Shown here piece after piece: positions 11,246 to 22,530 of a DNA stretch of 64,000 nucleotides. The first letter of the stretch is position 1; the number at the start of each line of letters is the position of its first letter. The notes under the pieces are model-generated. The model saw only the letters and a program-made list of their open reading frames with translations. It ran no database searches and had not been told where the DNA came from. The translations under genes and the position numbers were made by a program. This DNA comes from an uncultured Bacteroidales bacterium (GTDB lineage: Bacteria > Bacteroidota > Bacteroidia > Bacteroidales > UBA10428): positions 4,613-68,612 of the forward strand of contig CAVQXX010000015.1 in assembly GCA_963717995.1 (NCBI GenBank). The letters run 5' to 3'.

Positions 11246-12093
11246 TCAATTTATTACAGAATGATTGGTTTGAAGAGCCAATTTCTTTAATTCGGCCACT
11301 TCTTTTTTTCTTTTCTTTGTTCCTTTCTCATAGATTAATCTGGCCTTGTTATACCTGGCTGCAAATTTTTTCAGCAGCCTGATGCTCCGCCAACTTTTTT
11401 TATACAGGGCCGACAGCCTGGCAATTTCATTTTTGGCATCTTCTGTTTTGCGGTCCTTTCCGAAAACCTGGAATGATTTTGAAGATTCATGGGTTCTGTA
11501 TGAGCCCAGGATAAAAGGGATGTGATAAAAGTCGGTATACTTGAGGAACCTGTACCACAGGTCTACATCCATAGTATAATGAAGGCTTTCATCGAGACCA
11601 CCAGTCTTCTGCAGCAATTCCCGGCTGAAAAATGCAGTTTCCTGGGGAATTTTTCCGGCAATTCTTGCGATGAATCCGTTTGAAGGAGGGTAAATTCTCT
11701 TGCTTCAAAGACCTGGTCATTCGAGCCAATTATAAGCCTGTCGCCGTAAAACAGTTTGATTTCAGGATATTTATTGTAGTATTCCACTAAAATCCGTATT
11801 GCACTTGGCATCAGCAAATCATCTGAATTCAGCCAGTTTACAAGATCGCCCGTACACAAGGAAAGACCCTTGTTAATGGCATGACTCTGACCGCTGTCCT
11901 TTTCGCTTACCCAATAAGCCAGTCTGTTTTCATATTTCCTGATAATATCTATACTTCCGTCCGTGGAACCTCCGTCAATAATAATATATTCAATATTGGA
12001 ATAATCCTGGTTAATAACTGATAATATGGTCTTTTCAAGAAATTCGGCCTGATTATATGACGGGGTAATCACTGAGACTTTTGTATTACTCAT
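11246..12093 (-). CDS. Glycosyltransferase family 2 (frameshift near 11620-11690)
   Basis: VSVITPSYNQ, IIIDGGSTDGS and WLNSDD motifs; C-terminal GGLDESLHYTMDVDLW. Confidence 0.9.
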
Positions 12094-12123
12094 AATTATT
12101 TGGTGTTAAAGTCCATAAACGTG

Positions 12124-12969
12124 TTATTTCAATTTATATCCAAATGATTCAATATGAGTTTTCCAAAAATCAAAATCATATTTTAACCAGGCGTGACAGC
12201 CAAATGGAAGTCTCTGCAGGTTTTCTTTATAGAATCTTTTCGGCTGAACCTCGAAACTAAATTTCAGGGCTTCCTCCGGAGGAGCGACCTTAAACCATCT
12301 GAATTTCTTACCCATTAACAATCCCCAGTAGCCATCCTCATTTGCAGCGTAATTATTAAAAAGAAAGAAGGTGTTGTTCTTTACCGTAAGATTCATCATA
12401 TAGGAGATCCAATTCCTTAACATGGTACTATCTCTGCTGAATATTCTTTTTCTCAGGTCTTCCGGATTTTCTATGAAGGAGAATGTTAATAAGGCCCTTA
12501 TGTGACTTCTGACCCTGCGTAAAGAAAACCCTCCATTGCCAACTCCCACAATCCTGTCTCTTTCATTTGCTTTTTTCCAGTCCAGAAGCCATGGGGCCCC
12601 GTTATAGCAATAGTCCCTGTCAGCCCATTCCAGTAATTCATCCCTGAATACAAAAGCATCCAGCTGGTAGATGAGTATATACTTGTATTTTATAAAGCGT
12701 AGATAGAACCGAAGTGATAAAAGCAGCCTGCTATATCCCTGTATGCTGCTGAAGTTTCGCTTGCTGAAGAAAATCAGTTCCGGGACCGGTTGATGTAATA
12801 GTTTCAAGTGATCAATGTACCTGGATATATCCAGGGACCGGTAGGTTACGAAGATTATTTTGTAATTTCCCAAAATACGAAGGCATTGGGAAAGTGATAT
12901 TTTCTCATATTCATCAGGTTCTGCCCTGTATATAGGTATCACAACTGCTATTTCAGAACGATTCTTCAC
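12124..12969 (-). CDS. DUF5672-like glycosyltransferase-related protein
   Basis: YILIYQLDAFVF, GAPW, VGNGGFSLR, NED and PFGCHAW motifs. Confidence 0.8.
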   Translation of the reverse strand: MKNRSEIAVVIPIYRAEPDEYEKISLSQCLRILGNYKIIFVTYRSLDISRYIDHLKLLHQPVPELIFFSKRNFSSIQGYSRLLLSLRFYLRFIKYKYILIYQLDAFVFRDELLEWADRDYCYNGAPWLLDWKKANERDRIVGVGNGGFSLRRVRSHIRALLTFSFIENPEDLRKRIFSRDSTMLRNWISYMMNLTVKNNTFFLFNNYAANEDGYWGLLMGKKFRWFKVAPPEEALKFSFEVQPKRFYKENLQRLPFGCHAWLKYDFDFWKTHIESFGYKLK

Positions 12970-12978
12970 AATCCTTAA

Positions 12979-14350
12979 TTATTTATTCCAGATTCCGCGG
13001 GCTTTGTTATTTATTATCTTATAATACTGTATCGGATGAAGAACGGTCCCGGCAAAAACACAAACTATAGTACCCATAATCACTCCTGACACTCCCATTT
13101 TCAATGTTTTAGCAAAAAATATCGATATAGGAATATTTATAACGGTGAGAAATATTGAAGTAATCAGTTGAAGTTTGATTTTGCTTACGCCATTAATAAA
13201 ATAAACAAAGATTGTATTCCATGTCAATAATGCGAAAAAGACTCCCATTAAGCTGGTAAGTAAGAAGGGCACAACGATTTCCTCGCCAATCCATATTTTA
13301 TAAACAAAATCTGAGATCATCACCATTATAAATATACCAACACATAATACTGCCCAAAGTTTAACCAGTTTTTTAACAGTTGATTTTATCCACTGATAAT
13401 CCTTATCATGGTATGCCTGGGTGTAAGCCGACCATAAGGGTGCAAGAATGATGGAAAAACCCATCGATGTGACCTCCAGGTATCTTCGTGCTATATTATA
13501 AGTTACAACGTCTCCCGGAGTTGTGACATGTGATATGATTATATTGTCGGTGTATAACATGACTGCAACCGATATCTGAATTACAAAGAATTTAAAACCC
13601 AGGTTAACAAGATCCTTGTAATGTTTAAATTGTACATATTTAAATGATGGCCTGAGGTATTTATACTTTCCGTTAAAAAATACAAGGGTGGCAACAGAAA
13701 AAACAATGACAGGGGTAAGGCTTGTCGCGAGTGCAATTTTTGTTATGCTGCCCTTGGTTGTATGGATGAGTACTAAGATGATCAATAAATAGATGACCGT
13801 ACTCGCTGTCCTTATGCCGTCGTCAACGGAAGGTTTCTGAATTGCAGTGAGAATCGTGGATAAAATGCCAAGTATGAACCTCAGGGCAAAGCAACTGAAT
13901 AAAATAATCGCGGCAAATGTTAATTCTTTTGCCAGGCCTTCCGGTGCATTTAGAATTTTGGTCCAATCAACAAAAAAATTAGCGATGAGAAGTATTATGA
14001 ACAGGGAAATACCAATTAATGTAATTATGGCATAGGTGGTACTAACATATATCCTGGCTTTTTCCTTGTCACCTTTGGCCAGACTTTCTGCAAGTTTATT
14101 TCTCAGTCCGCTGTTTATGCCAATCTTGAAAAACTCAAACCAATGCGTGGTTGAACTCAGGGTCAGCCAGATTCCATAGAATTCTTTATCAATAAACTTC
14201 AGGATTAACGGGGAGGCGAATAAATCCTGCCGCAAGGGAGATGACTCTGAAAGAAAAAGACAGTATTATATTCTTCTTGGCAGCTACACTCCTTTTATGA
14301 CCTTTATTCAGAAAATCATCAATCTTCCTTTTTAAATACATTTCCTTCAT
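12979..14350 (-). CDS. wzx: Oligosaccharide flippase (frameshift near 14225)
   Basis: Manual N-terminus MKEMYLKRK...AAKKNIILSFSFR, then YGIWLTLSS and GLRNKLAE. Multi-TM protein inside the polysaccharide locus. Confidence 0.85.
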
Positions 14351-14351
14351 T

Positions 14352-15602
14352 TCATGAAAATTCGATTACATTGCTATACCGGTCCTCATAATATTTATTA
14401 AAGACAAAGCAGAATATCAGTCCATACATGAAAATGGAGTAATAAACCAGTGTAACATTTGCCCACAAAAAAACAAGAAATCCCAGGTATGCTCCATAAA
14501 ATCTGGTAATTCGCGCGGTTTGATATAAAGTTCTTGCGAGGAAAAACCAAAGAGCGAATAAAAATAAACTTCCGAAAATACCATAGGAGAACAAATGGGC
14601 AAGATAACCCACGTGAATCTGGCTGCTCCTGTCTGCAATGGCAACCACGACCTCCTCGGTTAAATGCTCCCCTGTGCCAAAAAAAGGAGAATTGGGGAAG
14701 AATTCCATAAAGATCTGCAAAGCCAGCAATCTTGATTCGGCCGTTTTATCAAAGATCCTTTCATTTAAGTACGTATATATATTAAAATTGAAGATACTGA
14801 GTACCTGAACAAGAAATATCAGGCCCAGAAACATGAAAAACGTACCGATCAGGAAGTTTTTTACCGGACTGTCATTTAAATAAAGAACAGGTATTGCGCA
14901 GAGGAAATAGGCGGCCTGAATATACCGCACATTGCTTCCAAACACTATTAAGAGCGTTATCCCCAGTATCATCCAGGGTATCTTATTCTCATTCCTTACG
15001 AGGTAAGCAATCAACAATGCAAAAATGGGCATGAAAGATAAACCCAGATCATGAATGCTTGCGTAGCCAAAAATAGATATCCTCTTTACCTGGTATGGGT
15101 CATTGGCCAAATGCAGCGCTTTGTTAAAATGTACAAATTTTTCGGGGGTGAAAAAAAAGGGATCGAAGAGGAATTGGATCAGCATTACAACCACAGCCAG
15201 CAATGCTGTGCCAATAAATATTTTAATTATCGTATCAATGAATTTCCTGTCAAGCTTCACATTATCAATAACGACCAGAATACTTAATGTGCGAACCATA
15301 TCATTTGACAGAAAGAAATCGTAAGCCCATCCTTTCCTGGCAATGTTTCCCTGGCCGAGGGCTACGTCCCACCCCAGGTAATAAAGGTACAAAACAATAA
15401 AAAGCAAATAATACCATCGGAATTTGATTTCCTTAATTCCTTTTACTCCTATGGTTAAGAAAACCAGAAATATGGCAAGCACACCAAAGATCTTCTTAAA
15501 TTCCTGGTTGAAAAATTCAAACAGGATATAGCTTACCAACGGGGTGAAAGAAAGCAGGTATAAATAAAACCGAATGATTTGCTGTAGAGATGGCATAATC
15601 AC
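14352..15602 (-). CDS. wzy: O-antigen polymerase/ligase-like membrane protein
   Basis: About 11 TM segments; SR...PFFGTG...IHVGYL Wzy_C-like motif; locus context. Confidence 0.72.
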   Translation of the reverse strand: MIMPSLQQIIRFYLYLLSFTPLVSYILFEFFNQEFKKIFGVLAIFLVFLTIGVKGIKEIKFRWYYLLFIVLYLYYLGWDVALGQGNIARKGWAYDFFLSNDMVRTLSILVVIDNVKLDRKFIDTIIKIFIGTALLAVVVMLIQFLFDPFFFTPEKFVHFNKALHLANDPYQVKRISIFGYASIHDLGLSFMPIFALLIAYLVRNENKIPWMILGITLLIVFGSNVRYIQAAYFLCAIPVLYLNDSPVKNFLIGTFFMFLGLIFLVQVLSIFNFNIYTYLNERIFDKTAESRLLALQIFMEFFPNSPFFGTGEHLTEEVVVAIADRSSQIHVGYLAHLFSYGIFGSLFLFALWFFLARTLYQTARITRFYGAYLGFLVFLWANVTLVYYSIFMYGLIFCFVFNKYYEDRYSNVIEFS

Positions 15603-15608
15603 ATTTAG

Positions 15609-18034
15609 CTATTTCTTCTTAGGCTCAACTGATTTCTTTTTTTTGGTACCATCTGTATAATACTTATAACCATAACCGTAACCGCTTTCCCTTTTGGATA
15701 CTTTAATGTCATTGATTATTATTCCGATATTGGAATGTACTTTTGATTCAATATCCCTCACAGTTGAGGCAAATATCTTTTTAGGGGTATAGTTTTGCCT
15801 CACTACATAAAGCTTAATGTCCGCAAGGTCAAACAATAGTTTTGCATCCGTAATGATACCTGCAGGAGGTGTATCCACTATGATATACTTGAATTGTTCT
15901 TTAAGATTGCGGAAGAGCATATGTGTATTTTCCGATGCAATCAGTTCAGATGGATTGGGTGGTGTGGATCCTGAGGCCATGAAATGAAGATTCTCCACAT
16001 CCGTTGTTACTATAATATCCTGAAATTCTGATTCCTGGGTTAATACCGATGTAATTCCCAGGTGATTTGAATTTGGAAAATACGTATGGAGCCCGGGCAG
16101 TCTTAAGTCAAATTCCATTAAGAGGGTTTTACTTCCCAACTGGGCCAGACTCGTGGCAATATTATAAGCGCAGAAGGATTTGCCTTCACTGCCTATTGAA
16201 GAGGTCACCAGGACAACCGTGCAGTTTTTACCTTGTGCAAAATATTTCAAATTGGTGCGCAGGGATCTGAATGTTTCGGCAATGATTGATTTGGGTGCTT
16301 TTTGAAAAACATTGTATTGCTTAATATCATTATGCACTATCTCTCCTACAACGGGCAATGCCGTAAGGCTCATAATTTCTTCTTTATTTTTCAGATCATC
16401 CTTATAAAGATCAAGCAGCATGAAAAACAAAGCCGGAAAGAATAAACCTGCAAAAATGGCCATAATATAATTCCGCATTTTCTTCGGAGCTACCATGGCG
16501 ATAATCGAAGGTCCTTCAACCAGTTCATAATCTGACATTTCCTGTGCCTGGGCGATGGATGCTTCCGCCCGTTTCTCCATCAGATAGGTATAAATAGCAT
16601 CATTCAGTTTGAAGGATCTCTCATATCCGACCAATTCACGCTGAGCCTTGGGGATTTTTTGAATTTCGCGGTGCAAATTGTCGATTTTTCTATTGATCTC
16701 TTCCAGGGATAAAATATTTGTATTTTGTACATAATTGATATTTTCAGTGATCGTATTCCTGATATTCTTGATCTTTATCTCAATGGTTTTCAAATAGGGG
16801 CTTCGTTGCTGGTTATTATTTATCAGGTTATTCCGTTCGGCATTCAGGGCGATCAGATCCGTGATCAAGGTGTTTAATAGGGGTTCTCCTATGCCTATGG
16901 AAGAAGGTACAACCATATCTGAAACGTCTTCACTTTTCTGAAGATAATCAATGATGTAAGAATAGTATTTCGAATTGACCTCCATGGCAGCTTTTTGGGT
17001 TTCCAGCTCCCTTAACTGGCCATAAATGGTCTCAGATTGAAGGGTTATATCCACAACCTGGTTGGATGATTTGAAATTCTGAAGGACATTTTCTGAAAGC
17101 TGAAGGGAGTCATGAATCTGACTTAACTGACCGTCGATATAGGCAATCGTATTTCGTGTAATGTTGTTCTTTTTTTTCCAGGTTATTATTTATAACGGTT
17201 GTGACCAGTGCTTTGGTAAAATCCAGTAATTTTTCCGGTGTTTTATCCGCAATGGTAATGTTTACTGCCGTTGCCTGCAGGCTTACAGGATCAATCTGAA
17301 TTCTATCCTTATAAAAAGAGGTAAGGGACTGTAAACTGCTGATCTTAAAGTAATAAATGTTCTTCTTTTTGCTATCCAGAACAAAATCCTTATTCAGCAT
17401 AATTTTGAAGCTGAAATTCTTGTCTTTGATTTCATCATTAAATGAGTACTGCTGATTAATCTTAAAATTGTCAATTATGTCGATTCGTTTGTTTTCGACA
17501 AAACTATAAAGGGAAGCTTCCTTGTGTTTAGCGGATATAGTAAAAACACCATTCTCTTCAATTTCGATCCTGAAAATTGCATCCACAATCTGGGGGTGAT
17601 TTTTATCAAAAACGACAATAAAGGGGGAGGTGCGGTAAATTTCAACCAATTGAAAGTTTTCACGCTTAAAATAGGATACTTCCTGGTTCAGACTTTTCAG
17701 GGTCTGGGTGATATTCGCGGTTGACTGCAATATTAGTAGCTCATTGTCAAAGTTATTCCGTGCGGAGAATAACAATTCCGAACCTTTCATGAAACGGGAA
17801 GGGTCCATTGAATTCCTGTCATTCTCTCTTACAATTAATTGCGAGCTTATCCGGAACCTCGGTATTGACATCCGGTTATAGAAAAAGGCAAGGATCAGGC
17901 ATATTACTACCGAGCCAATTAAATAATGAATGTTCTTTAGTATCTTATTAAAAAGTACCTTTATATCGCTGTCCTTGGTCGCTTGGGACCGGGCGATTGC
18001 GTTTTCATCCGTGCAAAATTTTAATAATTTTCAT
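15609..18034 (-). CDS. wzc: Polysaccharide chain-length regulator / tyrosine autokinase (frameshifts near 17160 and probably near the 5' end)
   Basis: AETFRSLRTNL, Walker A VTSSIGSEGKS, IIVDTPP and Tyr-rich tail GYGYGYKYY. N-part in ORF 17110..17871; start approximate. Confidence 0.9.
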
Positions 18035-18124
18035 TGTTACATCCGATATGAAGATATTTGATTCATTCGTTTTACTCGCTGCGCTCATGAGAAAGTTGCG
18101 TAAGCTATTGCATGGGTGGTTCAT

Positions 18125-18918
18125 TTACCTGTAAATTAGAAATAGTTGGGCTATAAGGATCGCTGCAGTCAAGCCTCCAAGAAACATGCTCATTGGTGTG
18201 GATACAGTCCGCCAGGTGGCAGACTTCTTTGCCTTAACATAAACAATGTCACCCTCCTGCAGATTATATTCCAGATTTGACAGCAAATCATCATTCAGAA
18301 GATTAAAGCTATTCTTGAATACCTGGCCCTTAACTTCCCTCAACACCAAAACTTCTTTTCTGTTCCCATCAATAGTGATATCTCCTGCTAACCCGAGGGC
18401 CTCAAAAATGTTCATTTTATTATTGGAATATAAATACAGGCCAGGCCGCCTAACCTCACCCAACACGGTAATTCTCTTATTGACAAACTTCATCAAAACG
18501 GTAGGTTGATTGAAGTATTCAGATAAACTGGTTTTAAGTTTAACCGTTGCCTCCTCAATGGTCAGGCCTGCCAGATTGATTTTATTCAGGATGGGAAACT
18601 GAATATAGCCTGAATCATCCACAAGATAACTGATGAGGGAGACCGAAATTTCAGTACCACTCACCTGGGTTCGATTTTCAGACTGATTACCAAAAAAATT
18701 ATAAGCAACTTCGTCAAGACTTGATACCCTTATATATAGTTCATCATTTGGTTTTATTCTCTGAATAGGGGGGGCGGGCAACACAGAGGGGTTGATTTCG
18801 AGATATCCCCCTGAACATATTCCAGATCCTTTAAAGGTATGCAACCCACCATCAGTAATCCGACTGAGATAAGCAGGAACGCTATTCTTTTAAGCAAAGC
18901 AATTATTCTGGCATTCAT
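18125..18918 (-). CDS. wza: Polysaccharide export lipoprotein (frameshift near 18790)
   Basis: Manual N-terminus MNARIIALLKR...LLMVGC (lipobox); IKPNDELYIRV, GYIQFP, VLGEVRRPG and EALGLAGD Poly_export/SLBB motifs. Confidence 0.88.
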
Positions 18919-18919
18919 A

Positions 18920-19977
18920 TTACTTGATATTAAAAAAAGTTTTATACCATTTAAAGAATTTGTGAATGCCCTCTTTGACTTCTACATTTGGCTGATATTC
19001 AAACATGCTGGTAAAATTATCCAACTCCGCCCATGTTCTTCTTACATCACCCGCCTGCATTGGCTTGATATTCAATGATCGCTTTTTTGCCTGTGGCATC
19101 TTCAATTGCCCTGATAAAACCCATCAGCTTTACCGGTTTGCTGTTGCCAATATTGTATATTTTATAAGGGGCAGGTGAGGAGGACGGATCGGGACTGGTT
19201 CCTCTCCATTCCGTGTTACCGGCGGGCTCCTTCATGAGCACCCTGAAGATGCCTTCCACAATGTCATCCACATAGGTGAAATCCCGCTCCATTTCCCCGT
19301 TATTGAAAACCTGGATCGGCTTTCCTTCCAGGATAGCCTTTGTGAAAATGAACAAGGCCATGTCGGGACGGCCCCATGGACCGTAAACTGTAAAAAAACG
19401 AAGTCCGGTGGTGGGCAATCCGTATAAATGACTGTAGGTATGGGCCATTAGCTCATTGGCCTTCTTTGGTGGCGGCATATAAACTTATCGGATGATCTAC
19501 ATTGTCCTTTTCTGAAAAGGGAATGGTTTCGTTCAGTCCATACACACTGGAACTGCTGGCATATGCAAGATGACTGCACACCATGATGCCGGCAGGCTTC
19601 CAGGATGTTGATAAATCCTGTTATGTTGCTGTCAATGTAGGCATAGGGATTGGTGATGCTGTAACGGACCCCGGCCTGTGCGGCAAGATTGCATACCTTG
19701 TGGAACTTCTCTTTTGGAAAAGCAAATTCAGATTTTCCCTGTCTTCCAGGTTCAGCCTTATAAAACGGTAAGGAATATCCCCTGTTGCCTGTACCGGTTT
19801 GTTATACTCAATCTTATCTCTTTCAATTCCCGAATCAGATAACCTGCCATATTTCAGGTTTACATCATAGTAATCATTGATGCTGTCCAGGCCAATAACA
19901 GTATGACCTTCGCGGATCAATCTCTTAGCTAGGTGAAATCCGATAAATCCGGCGGTACCGGTAACAAGTATCTTCAT
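18920..19977 (-). CDS. NAD-dependent epimerase, UDP-glucuronate 4-epimerase type (multiple frameshifts)
   Basis: [53 protein letters not shown] and PMQAGDV across three ORFs. Confidence 0.9.
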
Positions 19978-20247
19978 GAATCAGGGTGCGTTGTTAGGTA
20001 TTTGCAATGGATATTATCCAAATATATTATAAAAATGGAATGTAGATCCTGAAACTTGACAAGAATCAGAGATATTTTTGATCAATTGACATTTTTGAAT
20101 GTTGAAGGTACATGTAGCTCGTGCACGGTTATCAGGACGCGAAATCAGGAATCAGAAAACAGCCTTGTGTCCTACAAATATCATATTTATGGGTAACGGT
20201 TGCATGTTGTTTGCGAATGGAATTTAATATGAACATGATGTTGATTT

Positions 20248-21869
20248 TCAATGTAAAACCAGTTTCCTCGTCAGAATCTCGCCCTTACCCGAAATTACAA
20301 GGATATATATTCCGGGTAAGAATTGTGTAACATCAACTGATTCATTCAGGGTTTTGATATTTTGAACTAAAACAGGGCTTCCGGCTATGTTATAAATACT
20401 GATTTGCTCATAGGGGGTATTTTTGTTCATTTCTATGTTGATCGCAGAAGGACTGATCTTTATGAAGGTTTCTTCCGGTTTGTCATCAGCTGTTCCTGTC
20501 GGTAATTGACTCATTATGGCAATGTTCAGGACTCCGCTTATATTAGAACCATCCGTTGAAGTGGCTTTGGCAACTATTTCACCAGCCGATATGGCTGTCA
20601 GCAGTCCTTCCTGGGATATCTCTGCCTTTCCGGTTTCATTCTGAACCGACCAGGTAACTGTCTTATCGGAGGCATCGGCTGGCGTTATCTGGCATTTAAC
20701 TGCAGTGTACCATCGTTTGTGGTCATGCTGGTGGCTCCCCCTTCGCCGGTAACTGTAATTCCGGTCACGAGGATGGCCTGGTTGGTAATTGTAATGGTCA
20801 AGCGTTCCAAAAACTCCTGAGCCGTCATTTGCAGTAGCCCGGGCGGTTACTGTGCCATCTGCAATAGCCGAAACCAAGACCTGAAGGACTTATGGAAGCC
20901 TTCCCGGTGCCGTTTTGAACCGACCAGGTAACTGAATTGTCCGAAGCATCACCGGGGGATATCGTTGCACTTCAATTGCAGGGTGCCTTTATCGGTCGGA
21001 ATTGCAGCACCTTCACCTGTAACTGTAACCGAAATACCGGCAACCGGGATGGATTCCCTCTTCTCAATTGTATTCAGTATAAACCGGGCAAAGACCGGTG
21101 CCACAGTTTCATTGGCAAGCAGGTTGGGATGGGAATTGTCACTCGAATGATCCTTTTCATACTCATACCGGATGCAATTTACAGCGCCTTTCTCGGGTGA
21201 GGGATTCGTTTCGGCTATAAGGCTCCAGAAATCAAAAATATAAATGTTATCGTGTTCTTTGCCGTCCTCCTGTAACCATTCATTTTTGACCCATTCAGCA
21301 AACGATTTTGCCCTGCCTGCTTCGGCCGCATTTGTGCGAAGCCTGTGCCGCGGTGTAAGCGTAAATACGATGAATTTGGTTTCAGGATTCCTGTCAAGCA
21401 GGTCCCGTATGGCCCTGTACTGCAATTTATAGTTTTCGAGGGATTTCCTGTCCGAGGCAATGTCAGGCGCATTGATGTCCGCTTCAATCTTTGCAGCTGT
21501 GTAGCAATGCTTCATGATAACGATATCGAACCTTTCAAGGAGGGAGGGAAAACATTCGTTGCTGCAATTGCCGTTTACCCATACATTCCAGTAATCATAA
21601 GGATTATTATCCCATGGATAGGGTTCAGCAGGATAAGACCTCCTGTCAATCAAAATATCCGTGCCGTTATCTGAATTGTATTTTGTAAACCATTCCTTTA
21701 TTTTTCCTTCCTTGTAAAGGCCTGAGCCAACGGAATGCGTAAGGAAAACGATCCGCTGGGCGTTACAATCCAGACTGCCGGTTATAACAAACATGAGAAT
21801 TGCGCACTTCAGTATGCTTCTCATATTCTGGATTTTAGGTAATATAATCTTCCTTCCATTGCAACTCAT
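20248..21869 (-). CDS. T9SS type A cargo: uncharacterised SGNH-like N-domain + two Big_2 Ig-like repeats + CTD (frameshifted)
   Basis: Signal peptide; VFLTHSVG...DNSHPN; repeated DAS..VTWSV.N.TGKA (DNA repeat near 20643 and 20917); CTD IYNIAGS...LPGIYIL. Confidence 0.68.
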
Positions 21870-21924
21870 TTCCGCAAATTCCGGTTAACAAGGTGAAATT
21901 ATTATTGTCAAAGAATCAGGGTTT

Positions 21925-22482
21925 GTGAGGATTCAGGGTACATTTTTTGTACTGAATATTTCTTATCTTTTCGATTTTAAACGATACACCTTGCTGCTCA
22001 CGATACTATTTTCCTGGCTGCTGGCGGCCCATCCGATCCACGTTTCGGTAACGAGTGTGGATATCAATACCGAAAAAGATTCGATTTTCATTTCCCAGAA
22101 AATGTATACCGAGGATTTTAAACTGTTGTTTTATCACTTGTATGAAAAAAACATCAAACCCTTGCAGGATAAGAACTTTTCCCAGGATGAACTGACTTTG
22201 ATCAATGGATATATGAAGGACGCTTTTGTAGTGGAAACCGGGAGCACCAGATTGCCATTGGATTTTGTCCGGAAGGACCAGGATGAGGAGTCTATCTGGC
22301 TTTATTATACCTGCCCGCTGCCGTCAGACAATATCAAATCACTGATGCTAACCAATTCGTTGCTGCTTCAGTTGTTTGACGATCAGACCAACCTTGTTAT
22401 TGTCACTTACAAGGGAGCTGATACCGGATATACCTTTAACTATGACAGCTGGAAATCGGAGATCAGGCTTAAAAATCAATAA
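21925..22482 (+). CDS. DUF6702-like protein
   Basis: AHPIHVSVTSV N-terminal motif and LFDDQTNLV near the C-terminus. Confidence 0.7.
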   Translation: MRIQGTFFVLNISYLFDFKRYTLLLTILFSWLLAAHPIHVSVTSVDINTEKDSIFISQKMYTEDFKLLFYHLYEKNIKPLQDKNFSQDELTLINGYMKDAFVVETGSTRLPLDFVRKDQDEESIWLYYTCPLPSDNIKSLMLTNSLLLQLFDDQTNLVIVTYKGADTGYTFNYDSWKSEIRLKNQ

Positions 22483-22517
22483 TTAGTCCGCATATCGGGG
22501 CTTTAACTTAGAATTAT

Positions 22518-22525
22518 TAACTTTG
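22518..22525 (+). promoter_or_regulatory. Bacteroidota sigma-A -7 element
   Basis: TAACTTTG matches TAnnTTTG 5 nt before the ATG at 22531. Confidence 0.4.
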
Positions 22526-22530
22526 CCGTA

